Part shown: positions 36,132-39,502 of the stretch, one piece after another
Layout: each line of letters starts with the position of its first letter
Position numbering within the stretch: the first letter of the stretch is position 1
NCBI GenBank assembly: GCA_034659355.1
Contig: JAYEHC010000045.1
Location: forward strand, 1 to 39,502
Direction: 5' to 3'
Origin: Patescibacteria group bacterium
GTDB lineage: Bacteria; Patescibacteriota; Minisyncoccia; JAHIHE01; JAGLIN01
Length of the DNA stretch: 39,502 nucleotides
Program-made: the position numbers and the translations under genes
The notes under the pieces: generated by a model
What the model saw: the letters and a program-made list of their open reading frames with translations, nothing else
The model's database searches: none
Told to the model about the DNA's origin: nothing

Positions 36132-36854
36132 ATGCTTACCAATGAAACAATTATAAAATTAGCCGCAAAAATGCAGACTTCGGAACAAAATGTTCGGCGT
36201 GAATATTTTCAACATTTATTTTTGTCTTTGTTCTACAAGCAAGACGGAGCGGACAAAGTGTTTTTCAAAGGCGGTACCGCCTTGCGCCTTATTTATAACA
36301 GCCCGCGCTTTTCCGAAGATCTGGATTTTAATTCGCCTTTAGCCGATGTCCATAGCATTGAAAATGCTATCGTTAACACCCTTGTTGAAGTACAAAAGGG
36401 CGGGGTAGAAACGGAACTTGACGAGGCAAAAAAAACAAGCGGCGGTTATCTTTCAACGATGCGATTTATTGGTATGGGTCGCGCCGTTCCTATCCGGATA
36501 GAAATATCATTCCGCGATCGCAAGAAAAAAGGCGAGGCGGTTTTTATCGCCAGCGATATGTTTCCGGATTATACAATTGTACAGTTAGTCAGCGAGCAGC
36601 TTATACAGGGTAAGGTTGACGCTTTGCTTGACCGCAAGAAACCGCGCGATTTTTACGACTTTTATTTTCTGATGCGCCGCAACCTGCTTCCGGAAAAAGA
36701 TAAAGGCGATGTCTTACGGCAAGTTTTTGAAGCCTTGAAGAAAACTGATATTAATTTTGACAGTGAGTTAAAAGAATTTCTTCCTAAAAGCCATCACATG
36801 ATCGTGAAAGATTTTAAGACAACTTTAAAAAGAGAGATAGAGAGGTTTATATAA
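36132..36854 (+). CDS. abiEii: AbiEii/AbiGii-family nucleotidyltransferase toxin (DUF1814)
   Basis: Hallmark FFKGGTALRLIYNSPRFSEDLDF motif, plus the downstream KPRDFYD motif. Confidence 0.85.
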   Translation: MLTNETIIKLAAKMQTSEQNVRREYFQHLFLSLFYKQDGADKVFFKGGTALRLIYNSPRFSEDLDFNSPLADVHSIENAIVNTLVEVQKGGVETELDEAKKTSGGYLSTMRFIGMGRAVPIRIEISFRDRKKKGEAVFIASDMFPDYTIVQLVSEQLIQGKVDALLDRKKPRDFYDFYFLMRRNLLPEKDKGDVLRQVFEALKKTDINFDSELKEFLPKSHHMIVKDFKTTLKREIERFI

Positions 36855-36901
36855 TGGAAGCGTGCAAATTTACATACTTGCGCTAAGAATATCAAAAAAA
36901 T

Positions 36902-38308
36902 ATGCCAAAATTAAAAGACATTCCAAAAGTAGACAGACCAAGGGAAAGGTTTTTGAAAAAAGGTTCAGATGCGCTTTCTAAAAGCGAGCTTTTGGCTGTT
37001 CTTATCAGCAGCGGCATCAGGGGTAAAAATGTCAAAAAAATTTCTGAGCAGATCATCAGAAAATTTGGTGATAAATTTTTGGATTTGACTGTTGAGGATT
37101 TGCTTGGAGTTTCCGGAATAGGGGAGGCAAAGGCGCTTCAAATTGTTTCAGCTATCGCTCTGACGAAAAGATTTTATGATGAAAAAAATCCGAAAGAAAA
37201 TCTCGTCTTATCAGCGAAAGACGCTATTTTTTTAAATTCCGATTTAAAAGAAAAGAAAAAAGAATATTTGGTCTGCTTGTATCTAAACGCCAGGAATGTT
37301 TTATTGAAAAAAGAAATTGTTTCAATCGGAACTCTTGACAAAGGGATAGTCCACCCGAGAGAAATTTTCGCGCCAGCTTTAGAATTGAGATCGGCTGGCA
37401 TCATTCTGGTGCATAATCACCCATCAGGCGATCCGTCTCCGAGCGAACAAGATAGGGAAGTTTTTGACAGAATTATTGAAGCGGGCAAGATAATAGGAGT
37501 CAATGTCATTGATTTTATTATTATCGCCGGCAATGAGAATTACAGTTTTTTGGGAAGTTTGCAGGGAGAAGATAAAAACGATCTTTATATTTCAAATGGC
37601 ATCCAGCCCTCGCTTTTTGATCTTTTGATGGACAAGAAAGCGGAATATGAACCTGAGCAGCAAAAAACAAAAAATATAAGGATTATAGATTTATTCGCAG
37701 GAATCGGCGGGATAAAAATCGGCTTTGAAAACGCCGGATTTGAATGTGTTTTTTCTAATGATTTTGACAAGAACTGCAAAGTTACATACGATTTTAATTT
37801 TGCGAGAAAGCAGAAATCGCTGATCTGCGCCGACATTGCCGAGGTTTCGTTAGATTTAATTCCGGACTTTGAAGTGCTCACAGGAGGATTCCCGTGCCAG
37901 CCGTTTTCAATAGCGGGATACCGCAAAGGATTTTCAGACGAGGGCAGGGGAGACTTATTTTTTGAAATTATAAGAATATTAAAAGACAAAAAGCCGGCAG
38001 CTTTTCTGCTTGAAAATGTAAAAAATCTTAAAACTCACGACAATGGAAAAACACTGCGGATTATTTATAAAGAGCTTCAAAAATTAGGATACCATATCGG
38101 TAGCAAGGTGCTTAACACTATGGAGCATGGAAACATCCCCCAGAACAGAGAGCGCATTTACATTGTCGGATTTTTAGACCAAGAAGCGTTTAATAGTTTT
38201 TCATTTCCGGAAAAAATCAAGCTGACAAAAACTATTCATGACTGCCTGGAGCCGGATGCCGATGAAAAATATTATTATAAACGGCAAGCCTCTTTATGGA
38301 AAATTTAA
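36902..38308 (+). CDS. RadC-like JAB/MPN domain fused to the N-terminal half (motifs I-VIII) of a C5-cytosine DNA methyltransferase
   Basis: RadC part: PRERFLKKG, HhH GIGEAKA, and JAMM HNHPSGDPSPSEQD. MTase part: DLFAGIGG (I), GGFPCQPFS (IV), LLENVKNL (VI), QNRERIYIVGF (VIII). The ORF ends at an in-frame TAA. Confidence 0.8.
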   Translation: MPKLKDIPKVDRPRERFLKKGSDALSKSELLAVLISSGIRGKNVKKISEQIIRKFGDKFLDLTVEDLLGVSGIGEAKALQIVSAIALTKRFYDEKNPKENLVLSAKDAIFLNSDLKEKKKEYLVCLYLNARNVLLKKEIVSIGTLDKGIVHPREIFAPALELRSAGIILVHNHPSGDPSPSEQDREVFDRIIEAGKIIGVNVIDFIIIAGNENYSFLGSLQGEDKNDLYISNGIQPSLFDLLMDKKAEYEPEQQKTKNIRIIDLFAGIGGIKIGFENAGFECVFSNDFDKNCKVTYDFNFARKQKSLICADIAEVSLDLIPDFEVLTGGFPCQPFSIAGYRKGFSDEGRGDLFFEIIRILKDKKPAAFLLENVKNLKTHDNGKTLRIIYKELQKLGYHIGSKVLNTMEHGNIPQNRERIYIVGFLDQEAFNSFSFPEKIKLTKTIHDCLEPDADEKYYYKRQASLWKI

Positions 38309-38407
38309 AAAAGAAATCACTAAAAAAATACGGTTTACCAATGGAGAAGAAAATATGTAAGAGAAAATAAGAATGGTGTTTGCCTTACTTTAACAGCAAC
38401 TTATTAA
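38309..38407 (+). pseudogene. remnant of the m5C methyltransferase variable-region entry segment, same frame, cut by TAA codons
   Basis: The ORF frame continues as KRNH*KNTVYQWRRKYVRENKNGVCLTLTATY*. The QWRR...TLTA block is typical of Dcm-type enzymes. Motifs IX and X are absent downstream. Confidence 0.7.
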
Positions 38408-38413
38408 ATTACT

Positions 38414-39181
38414 ATGGAAGGAAATAAGCATAAAAATTATGAAATATTAAACTTGATAGGCTATGGTCTCTCAAAATTTAATGATGATTTTATAAGAGAA
38501 TTTGGATTTTCAACAAAAACAGCTTTTTATAATTTTTGTGTTGAAAATAAAATTGCAGAAACAGTCGGCACTGTAAAAAATAGAATGGATTTATTCGATC
38601 ATTTTTTTCCAGAAAACGGAAGGAAGGGTTGGTGGCAAAAAGGAGATGCCTATATTCATAGAAAGATATTGATTGATAGTTTATTTGGTGATGAAAATGC
38701 AAAGAGCTATGCAAATATAGTGAAATTACATATGAAAGAAGAATTTCATGTGAAAAGCATTGAATATCAAGCAAAACCAATTATTAAAACTAGATTTAAA
38801 AAACTACAAGAAACAGGATTAGAAGCAGAATTATTTTTTATGAATAATTACAACTCAATAGATATTTTTCAAAATGGATTACTGGAAGATGCCAGATTGT
38901 ATGGAGATGGGTACGATTTTCAAATAAGTGTAAATGAACAATCTTATCTAGCAGAAATAAAAGGAATAAGAGCAAAAAAAGGAAAATTTAGACTTACTGA
39001 AAATGAATATCAAAAAGCATTAGAATATAAAAATGACTATATTATAACTTTAATTTTAAATCTAAATGAAATTCCTAGAATTCTTACAATTGAAGATCCT
39101 ATTAAAAATCTAAAATTTGAAGAGAGATTTATAAAATCCAAAACTACAAAAGAATATCATTTAACCAAAGCAATATGTTAA
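38414..39181 (+). CDS. DUF3883-like PD-(D/E)xK restriction-endonuclease-fold protein
   Basis: The C-terminal GDGYDFQI...YLAEIKGIR...FRLTENEYQKA pattern fits D...E-x-K with the DUF3883 layout. Very AT-rich compared with the upstream genes. Confidence 0.55.
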   Translation: MEGNKHKNYEILNLIGYGLSKFNDDFIREFGFSTKTAFYNFCVENKIAETVGTVKNRMDLFDHFFPENGRKGWWQKGDAYIHRKILIDSLFGDENAKSYANIVKLHMKEEFHVKSIEYQAKPIIKTRFKKLQETGLEAELFFMNNYNSIDIFQNGLLEDARLYGDGYDFQISVNEQSYLAEIKGIRAKKGKFRLTENEYQKALEYKNDYIITLILNLNEIPRILTIEDPIKNLKFEERFIKSKTTKEYHLTKAIC

Positions 39182-39502
39182 ATTCAAAAGAGAAAATAAA
39201 AAAATTTACTTCAATTTTAAATAAAGAAGAGGCTTCTTATGCTGATAGTTTTAATTCTCATATTAATATAGCTGGAGGAAATTGTGATTATAAATTTTTA
39301 AAAAAATTAAATTCTGAAAAAGATATTGAATATTGGGTTGATAAATTAAAAAGCAGAATTGTTATGCATGAAGATGACGATATGAGGATCTCCCGGACGT
39401 TGTGGGTATCCCCGAGCAGCGTAATAGATATCATCAGAAAGTTATCGATTTTATTGATGGTTTGCAGCGTAAAAACCATGACAATGAAGGGGATGACGCT
39501 GG
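39175..39502 (+). CDS. hypothetical protein, 3' partial (runs off the window)
   Basis: The ATG overlaps the stop of the previous gene (ATGTTAA). The frame stays open to the window end and is absent from the ORF track because it has no stop. Composition changes abruptly at about 39380. Confidence 0.35.
   Translation, partial: MLNSKEKIKKFTSILNKEEASYADSFNSHINIAGGNCDYKFLKKLNSEKDIEYWVDKLKSRIVMHEDDDMRISRTLWVSPSSVIDIIRKLSILLMVCSVKTMTMKGMTL

Noticed and set aside
38414-38560. Idea that the start of ORF 38414 (MEGNKHKN..., REFGF) is the missing MG-GGHN and motif IX part of the methyltransferase.
   Set aside because: Only a few scattered residue matches exist. There is no GNxV-type motif X and no credible motif IX anywhere in the ORF.
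36902-39181. Reading 36902-39181 as one long protein by TAA readthrough or an alternative genetic code.
   Set aside because: TAA, TAG and TGA all terminate well-conserved genes at their expected ends in this window; for example tuf ends at TAA, the hydrolase and murF at TAG, and nifS at TGA. Standard code 11 therefore applies, and three TAAs within 100 nt look like decay.

Overview
AT-rich (about one-third GC by eye) bacterial window. The gene content looks like a Candidate Phyla Radiation/Patescibacteria-type genome: no L30 gene in the spc cluster and Lys/Glu-rich tails on several r-proteins. All supported genes but one are on the + strand. Core content is an alpha/beta hydrolase, a membrane-anchored MurF-like ligase, tuf, then the S10/spc ribosomal cluster (rpsJ to rplO), secY, gmk, adk and map. 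After that come envelope genes (LCP, CtpA-like S41 peptidase, LysM-CHAP hydrolase), argS, a CofE-like gene, nifS/iscS, a DnaQ-like exonuclease and ybjQ. The window ends in a visibly higher-GC accessory island (35.4-39.5 kb): AbiEi/AbiEii, a RadC(JAB)-m5C methyltransferase fusion interrupted by in-frame TAA stops, a DUF3883-like PD-(D/E)xK nuclease and an overlapping partial ORF. The dominant unusual signal is colonisation by at least six families of hairpin-terminated MITE/REPIN-like repeats (GTCATTCC...GGAATGAC and others). They fill almost every long spacer of the ribosomal operon, nest inside each other, and in several cases sit in frame inside coding genes (hydrolase, MurF). Two larger elements have the same hairpin termini but carry nuclease genes: a 98-aa GIY-YIG protein (14673-15113) and a 310-aa PD-(D/E)xK-like protein (21560-22790). 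I read these as candidate autonomous partners of the MITEs, analogous to REP/RAYT but with different enzymes. No rRNA, tRNA or CRISPR array was seen by eye. Coordinates of non-ORF features were hand-counted and may be off by 1-2 nt.
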